Shown here one piece after another: positions 42,172-52,879 of a stretch of 64,000 nucleotides of DNA (its first letter is position 1; every line of letters starts with the position of its first letter). The DNA lies in NCBI GenBank assembly GCA_031428675.1, contig JANOYC010000052.1:7690-71689 (forward strand), given 5' to 3'. The translations under genes were made by a program, and so were the position numbers. The stretch is from Microbacteriaceae bacterium (GTDB lineage: Bacteria > Actinomycetota > Actinomycetes > Actinomycetales > Microbacteriaceae). Under the pieces are notes generated by a model. It had not been told where the DNA came from, did not search any database, and saw only the letters and a program-made list of their open reading frames with translations.

Positions 42172-44401
42172 CCCGGTACACGTCGTAGACCGCGTCGATG
42201 CGTCGAACCGCGTTCAGCACTCGGTCGAGGTGCGTGGTGTCCCCCATCTCGAAAACGAACTTGCTGAGCGCGAGACGCTCGCTCGATGTAGAAACCGTGG
42301 CCGAAAGAATGTTGACGTGGTGCTCGCTGAGCACGCGCGTTACGTCTGAGAGCAAGCCGGATCGGTCGAGCGCTTCCACTTGAATCTGTACAAGGAAAAT
42401 GCTCTTCGACGACGGCGCCCATTCCACGTCGATCATGCGCTCGGGTTCATTCAGCAGCGACTGCACGTTCTTGCAGTCGCCGCGATGTACCGACACTCCT
42501 GCACCGCGTGTGACAAATCCGACGATCTCATCGCCCGGAACCGGCGTGCAGCACTTCGCCAATTTCACCAGGATGTCGGGCGCTCCTCGCACCAGAATTC
42601 CCGAGTCGCTGTGACGCAATTGACGGCTCTGACCCTTCGCAATGAAGGGAATGTCGGAGTCCTCGTTCTCGGACTCGGTCTGGAGCGACGCGACGACCTT
42701 CTCGATCACCGATTGAGTTGAGACATGCCCTTCGCCGACCGCAGCGTAAAGCGCCGACACGTCCTCGTAGCGCAAGCTAGCCGCCACTTCCGCGAAGGAA
42801 TCTTGGCTCATGAGCCTCTGGAGCGGAAGATTCTGCTTGCGCATGGCGCGAGCGATAGCGTCGCGTCCCTGCTCTATCGCCTCGTCGCGCCGCTCTTTGG
42901 TGAACCATTGGCGGATCTTGTTGCGGGCCCGCGGACTCTTGACGAAGTTGAGCCAGTCGTGGCTAGGGCCGGCATCGGGGTTTTTGGAGGTGAACACCTC
43001 CACCGAGTCCCCGCTCTGCAATTCGCTTTCCAACGGAACGAGTCGACCGTTGACTTTGGCGCCCATGGTGCGGTGGCCGACCTCGGTGTGCACCGCGTAG
43101 GCAAAATCGACCGGGGTGGCTCCGGCCGGTAAGCCGATGACTTTGCCCTTGGGCGTGAAAACGTAGACCTCTTTTGCCCCGATCTCGAACCGCAGGGATT
43201 CAAGGAATTCGCTCGGGTCGCTCGTCTCCGCTTGCCAGTCGGAGATGTGCGCCAGCCACGCCATGTCGGCTTCGTTCTGAACTGGAGCTGGCGCCTTGCC
43301 GGAGTTGACACGCTCCTTGTACTTCCAGTGCGCGGCTACACCGAACTCGGCGCGCTGGTGCATTTCGTGCGTGCGGATCTGGATCTCAACGGCACGGCCG
43401 CTCGGCCCGATGACCGTCGTGTGAAGCGACTGATACAGGTTGAACTTCGGGGTGGCGATGTAGTCCTTGAACCGGCCGGGGATCGGATTCCACCGAGCGT
43501 GAATTGCGCCCAACACGGCGTAGCAATCGCGAACGCTGTTGACCAGCACCCGGATGCCCACGAGGTCGTAGATTTCGTCGAATTCGCGACCGCGCACGAT
43601 CATCTTCTGGTAGATCGAGTAATACTGCTTCGGCCGGCCAGCAACTGACCCCTTGATGCGTCCCGACTTGAGGTCTTCGGTGACAGCGTCGATCACGTTC
43701 TGCACGAACTCCTCGCGCTGCGGGGTGCGCTGGCGCACGAGGTTCTCGATCTCGACGTACAGCTTCGGGTGCAGCACTGAGAACGCGAGGTCTTCGAGCT
43801 CCCACTTGATCGTCTGGATGCCGAGCCGGTGAGCCAGAGGCGCGTAGATTTCGAGCGTCTCCTGCGCTTTGCGCGTTGCCGCCTCCTGTGGCACGAATCC
43901 CCAGGTGCGAGCATTGTGCAGTCGGTCGGCAAGCTTGATCACGAGCACGCGGATGTCTTTCGACATGGCCACGACCATCTTCCGCACCGTCTCGGCCTGT
44001 GCGCTGTCGCCGTATTTGAGTTTGTCGAGTTTTGTGACACCGTCGACGAGCATCGCCACTTCGTCACCGAAGTCGCGTCGCAGGAGGTCCAGTGTGTAGT
44101 CGGTGTCTTCAACAGTGTCGTGCAGGAGCGCCGCGACGATCGTCTTCACACCTATTCCAAGGTCAGCGAGAATCTGTGCGACCGCGACCGGGTGCGTGAT
44201 GTACGGCTCGCCGCTTTTGCGCTTCTGACCGCGGTGGGCGAGTTCTGCCGCTACGTAGGCGCGCTCAACGAGCGCGATGTCCGCTTTCGGGTGGTGCAGA
44301 CGCACGGTTCGGACCAGGCGATCGACCGCGCCATCCGGTTGAGCACGCGAGAAAATGCGCGGCAACAAAGAGCGGAGTGCTGCCGTGGATGTATCTGTCA
44401 T
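42158..44401 (-). CDS. relA: bifunctional (p)ppGpp synthetase/hydrolase RelA/SpoT homologue
   Basis: 747 aa: HD hydrolase domain (HPVAVAQILA, HDTVEDT), synthetase domain (YQSLHTTV), TGS and ACT C-terminal domains. Confidence 0.96.
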   Translation of the reverse strand: MTDTSTAALRSLLPRIFSRAQPDGAVDRLVRTVRLHHPKADIALVERAYVAAELAHRGQKRKSGEPYITHPVAVAQILADLGIGVKTIVAALLHDTVEDTDYTLDLLRRDFGDEVAMLVDGVTKLDKLKYGDSAQAETVRKMVVAMSKDIRVLVIKLADRLHNARTWGFVPQEAATRKAQETLEIYAPLAHRLGIQTIKWELEDLAFSVLHPKLYVEIENLVRQRTPQREEFVQNVIDAVTEDLKSGRIKGSVAGRPKQYYSIYQKMIVRGREFDEIYDLVGIRVLVNSVRDCYAVLGAIHARWNPIPGRFKDYIATPKFNLYQSLHTTVIGPSGRAVEIQIRTHEMHQRAEFGVAAHWKYKERVNSGKAPAPVQNEADMAWLAHISDWQAETSDPSEFLESLRFEIGAKEVYVFTPKGKVIGLPAGATPVDFAYAVHTEVGHRTMGAKVNGRLVPLESELQSGDSVEVFTSKNPDAGPSHDWLNFVKSPRARNKIRQWFTKERRDEAIEQGRDAIARAMRKQNLPLQRLMSQDSFAEVAASLRYEDVSALYAAVGEGHVSTQSVIEKVVASLQTESENEDSDIPFIAKGQSRQLRHSDSGILVRGAPDILVKLAKCCTPVPGDEIVGFVTRGAGVSVHRGDCKNVQSLLNEPERMIDVEWAPSSKSIFLVQIQVEALDRSGLLSDVTRVLSEHHVNILSATVSTSSERLALSKFVFEMGDTTHLDRVLNAVRRIDAVYDVYRVSSG

Positions 44402-44481
44402 GCCCGCCTCCCCCGACCGATTCTAGACGCGCGCCCAAGCGAGTGCTGCTGGCCGCTGGTGCCCGGTGCTGGCAGGCAGTG

Positions 44482-45474
44482 TCATCGGGCTGCGTCGCTC
44501 GACTCTGCCACGGTTGCGGACTTCGCTCCCTGTTTCTTCACCACGGGCTCCTTCTCCCGTAGCAGCGAATACAAGGGTGCCGCGATGAAAATCGTCGAAT
44601 AGGTTCCCACGAGAATTCCGATGAACAGCGCGAGGCTGATGTCGCGAAGCGTTCCGGCTCCTAGGAGGAGTGTTCCGATGAAGAGAATGGCAGCGACCGG
44701 CAGAATTGCCACCACCGAAGTGTTGATAGAGCGCACGAGGGTTTGATTGACCGCCAGGTTCACGGATTGCGCAAACGTGCGACGCGATCCTTCACCGTCT
44801 TCGTCAGTGTTCTCACGAATCTTGTCGAAGACCACCACGGTGTCGTAGAGCGAATAGCCGAGAATGGTGAGGAACCCGATGACCGCCGCGGGCGTGACCT
44901 CGAACCCGACGATCCCATAGATGCCTGCCGTAATTACCAGGTCGTGCAACAGCGCCACGATCGCCGCCACCGACATCTTCCAGGTGCGGAAGTACAGCGC
45001 CATCACGATCGCCGCCATGGCGATGAACGCGAGGAGCGCGCGGAGCGCCTGGCTCGTGATGTCTGCGCCCCACGTCGCGCCGATGAACGACGATGTCACG
45101 CGGTTGACGGGCACGTCGTACGCCTCGGCCAGCGCCTTGGTGACTTCGACCGTCTCATCCGGAGTCAACTGTTCGGTCTGCACTCGCACAGAGTTTGCGC
45201 CAACCACCGACACCCGCGGAGACGCGCCCGCGTTGACAGATTCCACGGCATCGATCGCGAGTGATTGCTTGAGCGACGCGACCTCGGCGATCTGGAACTC
45301 TGAGCCACCGCGGAACTCGATGCCGAAGATGAATCCGCCCCGAAGGAACGGGATGGTCACAGCAGCGACGATTGCGACGAGTGCGATGGTGAACCACAGT
45401 CTGCGGCGGCCGACGAAATCGATCGATCGTTCTCCGGTATAGAGCTGGTTGCCGAAGTCGGAGAATTTCGTCAT
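44482..45474 (-). CDS. secF: protein translocase subunit SecF
   Basis: 330 aa, six-TM SecF profile, 1-nt overlap with the secD stop. Confidence 0.94.
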   Translation of the reverse strand: MTKFSDFGNQLYTGERSIDFVGRRRLWFTIALVAIVAAVTIPFLRGGFIFGIEFRGGSEFQIAEVASLKQSLAIDAVESVNAGASPRVSVVGANSVRVQTEQLTPDETVEVTKALAEAYDVPVNRVTSSFIGATWGADITSQALRALLAFIAMAAIVMALYFRTWKMSVAAIVALLHDLVITAGIYGIVGFEVTPAAVIGFLTILGYSLYDTVVVFDKIRENTDEDGEGSRRTFAQSVNLAVNQTLVRSINTSVVAILPVAAILFIGTLLLGAGTLRDISLALFIGILVGTYSTIFIAAPLYSLLREKEPVVKKQGAKSATVAESSDAAR

Positions 45475-47237
45475 CAGGAATCCTTCCCCTTCGTCGCGCT
45501 AGAGGAACTGTCGCCCTCGAGCTTCGTGGCCGTTCGTGTGCCCGCGGCTTCTGCAGCACGCCGCTCGGCGATGGTCTGGCGTCGCTGGGCCTCGCGACTT
45601 GCGCCGGTGGACTTGCCGGTAGCGGCTACCGGCGCCCGGAACTGCGCCCGACCGCGGTAGACCGCACCCAGTGCATGAGGGTCCAGACCGCTCAACCGAT
45701 GTCCGTCGCCGAAGAACCTGGTGCGGGCCATCAACTGCAACAGTGGGTGTGTGAACAAGCTCACGACGAGGAGGTCGACGAGAGTGGTGAGACCGAGAGT
45801 GAGGGCGAAACCTCGGACGTTACCCACCGCGAGCAGGAAGAGAATCGCAGCCGCGAGGAAGTTGACGGCATCCGATGCGATGACTGTGCGGATCGCGCGC
45901 TTCCAGCCGGCTTCGACGGCGGACTCCAGCCCGCGTCCGTCGCGCAACTCATCGCGAATGCGCTCGAAGTAGACGATGAACGAGTCGGCGGTGATGCCGA
46001 TGGCGACGATCAATCCGGCCACGCCGGCGAGTGAGAGTCGGTACCCCTCTCGCCACGACAAATAGGTCACGATCAAGTAGGTGATGAGCGCGGCAATCAG
46101 AAGGGACGCGATGGTCACTGTTCCGAGTGCTCGGTACTGGATCAGCGAATAGATGACGACGAGCAGCAAACCAATTCCACCCGCGATCAGACCGCTGACT
46201 AGTTGCGCGGAACCGAGAGTGGCGGAGATGGTGTCGCGGCTCTGCACCTCGAAGCCAATGGGGAGCGCGCCGAACTTCAGCTGGTCCGCGAGAGTCTTGG
46301 AGGTTTCCCGTGTGAACGATCCGGTGATCTGCGGGCGACCGTCGGTGATCACGGCACGCGTTGTCGGGGCAGAGATCACGGTGCCGTCGAGAACGATGGC
46401 GAACTGGTTGCGCACTCCGGTGAGGTTGAACAGTCGTTGCGTGACGTCGGCGAATTGCCGCGTTCCCTCGTCGTTGAAAACGATGTTGACGCCCCACTGA
46501 CCGGTGGATGCGCCCTGCGCTGTCGTGACGAGGCTATTGGTCGCGTCGGCAATCGTCTCGCCCGCAACTTCCACCGGTCCGAGGACGTATTTGAACTCGC
46601 CCGTGTCCTGACAGGTGACGAGCGGCTCGGCGGCGGGCGCTACGTTCGTGTTGAGTGTCTCGATTTCGGCACAGTCGAGATTGTCGAATTGCTCTTGCAG
46701 CTTCGGAGTGATCCAGTTCGGGTCGCTGGCATCGGTCGGCGCGACTGTCGGCGTTTCTACCGGAGCGGGGGTTTCTGTGGGGACGGGAGTTGCCGTTGGC
46801 GCCTCGGTGCTTCCCTCTTCGCCGACACTGCTTGTGGCTGCCAGGTCGGTGACGAGCACCGGACGGAACTCGAGCTTCGCCGACGACTGGATGCGGTTGA
46901 GAGTCTCCTCGTCGGGCGTGCCGGGAATCGTCACGACGATGTTCTGGTTGCCCTGGGTGTTGATCTCCGCTTCGGAGACGCCGCTCGCGTCAACGCGCTG
47001 CCGGATGATCGCGACGGCCTGATCGAGCTGTTCGCCGGTGACGGATTGCCCGCTCTCCAGTTGGGGAGCGAGAATGATCTGCGTGCCGCCCTCGAGGTCG
47101 AGCGCGAGCTTCGGCGCCCACGAGCCCGATGCAAACAACACCCCGTAGGTGTTCACACCGATCAGGGCAATGATGATCACGGCGAGCCACGTGAGCGAAC
47201 GCCACGCCTTCTTCACCGGTTTGGTGCGAGCAGCCAC
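45474..47237 (-). CDS. secD: protein translocase subunit SecD
   Basis: 587 aa: N-terminal TM, large periplasmic-type domain with Pro/Thr/Glu linker, C-terminal 5-TM bundle. Confidence 0.94.
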   Translation of the reverse strand: MAARTKPVKKAWRSLTWLAVIIIALIGVNTYGVLFASGSWAPKLALDLEGGTQIILAPQLESGQSVTGEQLDQAVAIIRQRVDASGVSEAEINTQGNQNIVVTIPGTPDEETLNRIQSSAKLEFRPVLVTDLAATSSVGEEGSTEAPTATPVPTETPAPVETPTVAPTDASDPNWITPKLQEQFDNLDCAEIETLNTNVAPAAEPLVTCQDTGEFKYVLGPVEVAGETIADATNSLVTTAQGASTGQWGVNIVFNDEGTRQFADVTQRLFNLTGVRNQFAIVLDGTVISAPTTRAVITDGRPQITGSFTRETSKTLADQLKFGALPIGFEVQSRDTISATLGSAQLVSGLIAGGIGLLLVVIYSLIQYRALGTVTIASLLIAALITYLIVTYLSWREGYRLSLAGVAGLIVAIGITADSFIVYFERIRDELRDGRGLESAVEAGWKRAIRTVIASDAVNFLAAAILFLLAVGNVRGFALTLGLTTLVDLLVVSLFTHPLLQLMARTRFFGDGHRLSGLDPHALGAVYRGRAQFRAPVAATGKSTGASREAQRRQTIAERRAAEAAGTRTATKLEGDSSSSATKGKDS

Positions 47238-47330
47238 CTGGGACTCAGCTTTCTACGGTCGTTGTTCGCGCGGTTGCGGCGGGCAACGGAGCGGGTGGCC
47301 CGGAATCCGGACCACCCGTGTCTTGGTCAG

Positions 47331-47822
47331 TTACTCGTCGATGTTCTTGCGCGCTCGCGGCTTCTTCACCACGGTCGCATCGTCGTCTGTTACCGAATCG
47401 ATCGTCACGTCCTGGGAGTCAGCGGGAGTGGCGGCTTCAACCGTGCGCTCACCGAACTCTGGAGCAGCGGCGAGTGCCTCGGCCTTCTCGCGCTCCTCCT
47501 GCTCGGCGGTCGCACGGGCCATAGCCTCCTCGACCGAACGCGGTGCGTCGCTGTCTGCATCGTCGCCGTTGATCACGCGCGTGATCGTCTGGCGGTGCAC
47601 CCGGATGACGGTGCCGGGGCTTGTTTCGACCTCAGCGACGTTGGAGATCTCATCCACCGACAGTAGGGTGCCGAAAACGCCGAAGTTGGTCATAATCTCG
47701 GCGCCCGGACGAATCTGCGACTGCAGCTTTTCGAGGTCTGCCTTGCGCTTGCGGCTGTTTCGGAACATGAAGAAAATGAGCACGCCCAAGACGGCGAGCA
47801 TTGCAATAGTCAATGGATCCAT
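47331..47822 (-). CDS. yajC: preprotein translocase subunit YajC (with long acidic C-terminal extension)
   Basis: 163 aa: N-terminal TM MDPLTIAMLAVLGVLIFFMF, YajC core (GAEIMTNFGVFGTLLSVDE), then about 80 acidic residues. Confidence 0.88.
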   Translation of the reverse strand: MDPLTIAMLAVLGVLIFFMFRNSRKRKADLEKLQSQIRPGAEIMTNFGVFGTLLSVDEISNVAEVETSPGTVIRVHRQTITRVINGDDADSDAPRSVEEAMARATAEQEEREKAEALAAAPEFGERTVEAATPADSQDVTIDSVTDDDATVVKKPRARKNIDE

Positions 47823-47913
47823 GGAGAAGGTACCTTCCGGAAGTCTGTAGTGGGCCGAAGCACTCGGTCAGATCGTCGGGGTCAGGCGCTCGGCCCCGAG
47901 TGGCCACACAGAA

Positions 47914-48951
47914 TTATAGGTCATGCCCGAACAGGTGGTCGGCAGAGCGGTCGATGCCGAAGTGTCGCCACGCCGACGCCGTCGCGACTCGTCCACGCGG
48001 CGTTCTGGTCAGCATCCCGATTCTCACGAGGAAAGGCTCAACCACAGACTCGACGGTTTCGGACTCCTCGCCGACCGAAACTGCAAGGGTGTTGAGGCCG
48101 ACTGGTCCGCCGTCGAACCGGGTGAGCACGGTGGTCATCACCGCGCGGTCGAGCCGATCGAGCCCGAGCGAATCCACGTCATAGAGGTCAAGCGCGGCGT
48201 GCACTTCGGTGAGACCCGCCCGCGAGGCGTTGACGAGCGCATAATCCCTGACGCGTCGCAGCAGTCGGTTCGCGATGCGCGGCGTGCCGCGGCAGCGGCC
48301 GGCGATCTCGGCAAGGGCTTCTCGGTCGATGTCCAGGTCGAGCAAGCGCGCGGCCCGCGTGAGCACGAGCGTCAACTCTTTTTCGTCATAGAACTCGAGG
48401 TGGGCAGTGAAACCGAAGCGATCGCGCAACGGGTTCGGCAACAATCCGGATCGTGTGGTCGCGCCGACGAGGGTGAACGGAGCAAGATCCAACGGAATGG
48501 AGGTGGCACCCGCGCCCTTGCCGACCATGATGTCGATCCGGAAGTCCTCCATCGCCAGATAGAGCATCTCCTCGGCCGAGCGCGCCATGCGGTGGATCTC
48601 GTCGATGAAAAGTACTTCACCCGGAACGAGTGAGGAGAGCACCGCGGCCAGGTCGCCCGCGTGTTGGATGGCCGGGCCACTCGACATCCGTAGCGGACGA
48701 TCGCTCTCGTGCGCCACGATCATAGCGAGAGTGGTCTTGCCGAGGCCGGGCGGACCCGCGAGCAGGATGTGATCGGGGGTGCGATTCTGCATTCCGGCCG
48801 CCTGCAGCAAGAGCTGCAACTGACCGCGAACCTTGCTTTGACCGACAAACTCCCCCAGCGAGCGGGGGCGCAAGGCACCCTCGAATGCCAACTCCGCATC
48901 CGATTCCGGTTGCGGACTGACGATCGGGTCGAGCGCGTTCTTCTCGGTCAT
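47914..48951 (-). CDS. ruvB: Holliday junction branch migration helicase RuvB
   Basis: 345 aa with [11 protein letters not shown] and LFIDEIHR. Confidence 0.97.
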   Translation of the reverse strand: MTEKNALDPIVSPQPESDAELAFEGALRPRSLGEFVGQSKVRGQLQLLLQAAGMQNRTPDHILLAGPPGLGKTTLAMIVAHESDRPLRMSSGPAIQHAGDLAAVLSSLVPGEVLFIDEIHRMARSAEEMLYLAMEDFRIDIMVGKGAGATSIPLDLAPFTLVGATTRSGLLPNPLRDRFGFTAHLEFYDEKELTLVLTRAARLLDLDIDREALAEIAGRCRGTPRIANRLLRRVRDYALVNASRAGLTEVHAALDLYDVDSLGLDRLDRAVMTTVLTRFDGGPVGLNTLAVSVGEESETVESVVEPFLVRIGMLTRTPRGRVATASAWRHFGIDRSADHLFGHDL

Positions 48952-49571
48952 CGTTCGCTGCTTCCCGCAAGTTGCTGTGGCCCGAGTTGGGCAAGGGCAC
49001 GTCGCAAGACCGCCTGCACGTTGCCGAGTTCAACCGAGGGTGCGTGTGCGAGCGCATCGTCGACGGCTTGCGTCGCCGTGCGCTCGGGCCAGCCGAGGCC
49101 GACGAGTGCAGCGACCACGCTCGCGGTCACCTGCGACGGACCGCTTGATGCTGCCGCTGTCGGAGCGTGGGTGGCGATGAGCTTGCCCGTCAACGACACC
49201 ACGATGAGCTTCGCGGTCTTCGGCCCGATGCCGGAGACCTTGCGGAAGGCTGCGTCGTCGTCGGCTGCGACGGCGCGGGCGACGTCTTCTGGAGCCATCA
49301 CCGAGAGCACACCCGCCGCCGATTTGGGACCAACCCCCGTGACGCCGCGCAGCAGATCGAAGACGGCGAGTTGTTCGGCATCCGCGAAGCCATACAAGCT
49401 CAGGTCGTCTTCGCGCACGATCAAAGCGGTGCGCAGCACGGTTTCCTGGCCGACGCGCATCCCCAAGGCGTGGTTGGCGGTGACGTTGACGGCGAGGCCC
49501 ACGCCCCCGACCTCCACGACCGCGGTCGTGCCGGCCACCGCGATGACGGTGCCGCGGAGGGATGAAATCAT
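48948..49571 (-). CDS. ruvA: Holliday junction DNA-binding protein RuvA
   Basis: 207 aa beginning MISSLRGTV, with HhH motifs (GVGPKSA, GIGPKTA). Confidence 0.95.
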   Translation of the reverse strand: MISSLRGTVIAVAGTTAVVEVGGVGLAVNVTANHALGMRVGQETVLRTALIVREDDLSLYGFADAEQLAVFDLLRGVTGVGPKSAAGVLSVMAPEDVARAVAADDDAAFRKVSGIGPKTAKLIVVSLTGKLIATHAPTAAASSGPSQVTASVVAALVGLGWPERTATQAVDDALAHAPSVELGNVQAVLRRALAQLGPQQLAGSSER

Positions 49572-50137
49572 TGGCCCAGCCTACGTTTGGCGCTCCCTTT
49601 CTCTGCGTCGCGCCACGCCCTCTGCGCAGGAGTCAGCACGGACTCAAACGGCGTCGCGGCGGGAACGCGCCACGCATGGCAGATCGCGATTGCGAGCGCG
49701 TCGGCGGCGTCGGCCGGAGTAGGCGGCGCGTCGAGCCCGAGGATCTTCGCAACCATGGTGGCCACTTGCGCCTTCTCTGCGGCGCCGTAGCCGGTGATGG
49801 CCGCCTTCACTTCGGTCGGGGTGTGCAGGCCCACCGGGATGCCGTTGGCCGCGGCCGCATACAAGGCCACTCCACTGGCCTGTGCCGTGCCCATCACGGT
49901 GCGCAGGTTCTGCTGGGCGAACACCCGCTCGATCGCCATGCTCTGGGGTTTGAACTCGTCGATGGCCGCGCGGATGCCGTCAGCGATGGCAAGAACACGC
50001 TGTTCCAGCGGCAGTTCCGGGGTCGTGCGTATCACCGAGACGTGCACGAGTGTTGCCGTGCGATTGGGTTCGACGTCGACGATTCCCACGCCGCACCGGG
50101 TGAGTCCGGGATCGATTCCGAGAACCCGGACTGTCAC
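49568..50137 (-). CDS. ruvC: crossover junction endodeoxyribonuclease RuvC
   Basis: 189 aa with [15 protein letters not shown]. Confidence 0.95.
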   Translation of the reverse strand: MTVRVLGIDPGLTRCGVGIVDVEPNRTATLVHVSVIRTTPELPLEQRVLAIADGIRAAIDEFKPQSMAIERVFAQQNLRTVMGTAQASGVALYAAAANGIPVGLHTPTEVKAAITGYGAAEKAQVATMVAKILGLDAPPTPADAADALAIAICHAWRVPAATPFESVLTPAQRAWRDAEKGSAKRRLGQ

Positions 50138-50143
50138 CGTTGT

Positions 50144-50902
50144 CTAGTCCTCGTCGAGTGCAGCCTGGACGTGCTCCGGAATGTCGAAGTTGGCGTAGAC
50201 GTTCTGCACGTCGTCGCTGTCTTCGAGCGCGTCGATCAAGCGGAAGACCTTGCGAGCAGTCTCAGCATCAACCTCCACGTGAAGGTTGGGGACGAACTCG
50301 GCGTCGGCCGAGTCGTAGTCGATTCCGGCATCCTGCAATGCCGTGCGGGCCGCTACCAGTTGCGACGGCTCGGTGATGACTTCGAATCCCCCGCCACGGT
50401 CGGTCACTTCTTCGGCACCGGCGTCGAGAACCGCCATGAGGATGTCGTCCTCCGTCACGTCGTCGACCTTCGTGATTGAAATGACACCCTTGCGATTGAA
50501 GTTGTAGGCAACGCTGCCGGGATCGGCCATGGTGCCGCCATTCCGGGTCATCGCAGTGCGCACATCGGCTGCGGCGCGGTTGCGGTTATCGGTGAGGCAC
50601 TCGATCAACAAGGCTACGCCGTGAGGTCCGTAGCCCTCGTACATGATCGTCTGATAGTCGACCGTTTCGCCGGTGAGTCCGGCTCCGCGCTTGATCGCGC
50701 GGTCGATGTTGTCGTTGGGAACGGACGTCTTCTTGGCCTTCTGCACTGCATCGACCAGGGTCGGGTTGCCCGACATATCTGCTCCGCCGATTTTCGCGGC
50801 AACCTCGATGTTCTTGATGAGCTTGGCGAACGACTTCGCGCGGCGCGAGTCGATGATCGCCTTCTTGTGCTTCGTGGTTGCCCACTTGGAATGGCCTGAC
50901 AT
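50144..50902 (-). CDS. YebC/PmpR family DNA-binding transcriptional regulator
   Basis: Begins [18 protein letters not shown] at 50902; ORF-track start 51175 runs through the repeat-rich spacer and is rejected. Confidence 0.93.
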   Translation of the reverse strand: MSGHSKWATTKHKKAIIDSRRAKSFAKLIKNIEVAAKIGGADMSGNPTLVDAVQKAKKTSVPNDNIDRAIKRGAGLTGETVDYQTIMYEGYGPHGVALLIECLTDNRNRAAADVRTAMTRNGGTMADPGSVAYNFNRKGVISITKVDDVTEDDILMAVLDAGAEEVTDRGGGFEVITEPSQLVAARTALQDAGIDYDSADAEFVPNLHVEVDAETARKVFRLIDALEDSDDVQNVYANFDIPEHVQAALDED

Positions 50903-50927
50903 GTCGAATAGTGTACCCAGCCGTCGC

Positions 50928-50969
50928 GGCCCTCGGCCCGCGGCCCTCGGCCCTCGGCCGGCGGCCCGC
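50928..50969. repeat. tandem heptanucleotide repeat (GGCCCNC x6)
   Basis: Units read ggccctc ggcccgc ggccctc ggccctc ggccggc ggcccgc, starting 26 nt upstream of the yebC-family ATG. Confidence 0.85.
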
Positions 50970-50980
50970 TCGCCGAAAGC

Positions 50981-51062
50981 GCGAAATTCAGGCACGACGA
51001 ACTGACACGCCGCTGTGGGGACGCAACACGCCGACCACTCGCGCATCCTGCCTGAATTTCGT
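50981..51062. repeat. 82-bp palindromic intergenic element, copy 2
   Basis: Arms gcgaaattcaggcac (50981-50995) and tgcctgaatttcg(t) (51049-51062). Same 82-bp span as copies 1 and 3. Shares ga(a/c)gaactg just inside the left arm with copy 1. Confidence 0.8.
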
Positions 51063-51198
51063 GCAGGAGCAAGGCGTGCCCGTCTGAGGGACTGCTCACA
51101 GAGCGGTGGGAGGGAGTGCGCCACAAGAGGGGGCGTGCAGCGGTCCCGAAACGGGGGCGTGCAGGGCGCGAGCACGCGGGAATAGCACTGATGGATGC

Positions 51199-51280
51199 GC
51201 GAAATTCAGGCAGCAAAAAGTGACACCCTGGCGCGAGAGCGCGACGCGCCGGACCGCCGCCCTTCTTGCCTGAATTTCGC
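51199..51280. repeat. 82-bp palindromic intergenic element, copy 3
   Basis: Arms gcgaaattcaggca (51199-51212) and tgcctgaatttcgc (51267-51280). Including flanks, the inverted repeat is a perfect 16 nt (gcgcgaaattcaggca / tgcctgaatttcgcgc). Confidence 0.85.
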
Positions 51281-51348
51281 GCAGGTCACCCGCGTAGGAC
51301 GCGCGCGCAGGACACCCGCGCAGGTCGCGCAGTGATGCGCGTGCGGAC

Positions 51349-51966
51349 TCAGGCTGCGCGGCGCACCGTGGCGAGGAACCGCTCGTGGAAGCGGAGGTCG
51401 TTGGTGACCTCGGGGTGGAAGGACGTTCCCAGCAGGTTGCCCTGCTCCACGGCCACGATTCGTCCGTCGGGCAGCGAGCCGAGCACAGTCACGCCCGGTC
51501 CCGCCGACTCGACGATGGGCGCGCGGATAAACACCGCGCGCACTGCTTCGTCTCCGATGTCGGGCATGTCGATGTCGAGCTCGAACGACTCGGTCTGCGA
51601 CCCGAATGCGTTCCGGCGAACAATCACGTCGAGCCCACCGAGGCTCTGCTGCCCGGAAATCGAGTTGAGTACACGGTCGGCGAGCATGATAAGACCTGCG
51701 CAGGTGCCATAAACGGGCAGTCCTCCCGCGATCGCGTCGCGCAGCGGGTCGGCTAGGCCGAAAGTGCGGCTGAGCTTGTCCATGACGCTCGATTCACCAC
51801 CCGGGATGACGAGGCCGCCGATTGTGGCAAGTTCCTCGGGCCGCCGCACCGGTATCGCCTCGGCCCCAAGTCTCGTGAGCACAGACATGTGCTCACGAAA
51901 ATCGCCCTGAAGCGCGAGGACACCGACGCGCGGGGCCGACTGTGCGGAAGGCGTGCTACCAGCCAC
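51349..51966 (-). CDS. pdxT: pyridoxal 5'-phosphate synthase glutaminase subunit
   Basis: 205 aa with [13 protein letters not shown] and GTCAGLIML. Overlaps the pdxS 3' end by 11 nt. Confidence 0.94.
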   Translation of the reverse strand: MAGSTPSAQSAPRVGVLALQGDFREHMSVLTRLGAEAIPVRRPEELATIGGLVIPGGESSVMDKLSRTFGLADPLRDAIAGGLPVYGTCAGLIMLADRVLNSISGQQSLGGLDVIVRRNAFGSQTESFELDIDMPDIGDEAVRAVFIRAPIVESAGPGVTVLGSLPDGRIVAVEQGNLLGTSFHPEVTNDLRFHERFLATVRRAA

Positions 51967-52855
51967 GTTCGGAGAGTCGATGGGGAGCGGCGAGGTCAGT
52001 GACGTTTATGCCGACCATCGCCTCGCCGAGCCCACGAGACACCTCAGTGATTACCGACGGGTCGTCGTAGAACGTCGTCGCCTTCACGATGGCGGCCGCG
52101 CGCTGTTCCGGATTGCCCGACTTGAAGATGCCCGAGCCCACGAACACTCCGTCGGCTCCGAGTTGCATCATGAGTGCTGCGTCGGCGGGAGTTGCGACTC
52201 CGCCAGCGGTGAACAGCACAACCGGAAGTTTGCCGGTGCGAGCGACCTCGCGCACGAGTTCGTAGGGGGCCTGAAGTTCTTTGGCCGCTACGTAGAGTTC
52301 GTCGGCAGATTTCGCTGTGAGCGCCGCAATCTCACCCCGGATGGTGCGGATGTGCTTGGTCGCCTCTGACACATCGCCGGTGCCGGCCTCACCCTTGGAA
52401 CGCACCATCGCAGCGCCCTCGGTGATGCGACGCAACGCCTCGCCCAGGTTTGTCGCCCCGCAGACGAAGGGAACGGTGAAGTTCCACTTGTCGATGTGGT
52501 TCACGTAGTCGGCCGGGCTCAGAACCTCAGACTCATCGATGTAGTCAACTCCGAGCGACTGCAATACCTGCGCTTCGACGAAGTGGCCGATGCGCGCCTT
52601 CGCCATCACCGGGATCGACACCTCGGCGATGATCGAGTCGATCAAATCGGGGTCGCTCATGCGGGCGACGCCACCTTGCGATCGAATGTCGGCCGGCACT
52701 CGCTCGAGCGCCATGACCGCGACGGCCCCAGCATCCTCGGCAATGCGTGCCTGCGCTGCGGTCACGACGTCCATGATGACGCCGCCCTTCAGCATCTCGG
52801 CGAGGCCGCGCTTCACCCGGCTGGTTCCTAGTTCGGTCGTGCTGCTGTCGCTCAT
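51956..52855 (-). CDS. pdxS: pyridoxal 5'-phosphate synthase lyase subunit
   Basis: [18 protein letters not shown] and [13 protein letters not shown] at 52855 preferred over the TTG at 52864. Confidence 0.96.
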   Translation of the reverse strand: MSDSSTTELGTSRVKRGLAEMLKGGVIMDVVTAAQARIAEDAGAVAVMALERVPADIRSQGGVARMSDPDLIDSIIAEVSIPVMAKARIGHFVEAQVLQSLGVDYIDESEVLSPADYVNHIDKWNFTVPFVCGATNLGEALRRITEGAAMVRSKGEAGTGDVSEATKHIRTIRGEIAALTAKSADELYVAAKELQAPYELVREVARTGKLPVVLFTAGGVATPADAALMMQLGADGVFVGSGIFKSGNPEQRAAAIVKATTFYDDPSVITEVSRGLGEAMVGINVTDLAAPHRLSERGW

Positions 52856-52879
52856 GGTGCTCAATTCTACTGTCGGTAC

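Noticed and set aside
44402-44481. Absence of apt between secF and relA, where many Actinobacteria have it
   Set aside because: The gap is only 80 nt and there is no sign of gene decay. The gene may simply be elsewhere in the genome, which cannot be assessed from this window.
47292-47318. Hairpin cgggtgg-cccgg-aat-ccgga-ccacccg between yajC and secD as a terminator
   Set aside because: No U-tract follows, and the genes are normally co-expressed. Noted only as a possible mRNA structure; not enough evidence to call a feature.
46203-47666. 487-aa plus-strand ORF
   Set aside because: It is antisense to secD and yajC and spans their intergenic spacer. A high-GC shadow frame.
28474-51286. CRISPR-like interpretation of the recurring GCGAAATTCAGGCA motif
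   Set aside because: There are only three units at two loci 22 kb apart. Each unit is an inverted pair, not direct repeats with regular spacers, and no cas genes are in the window.
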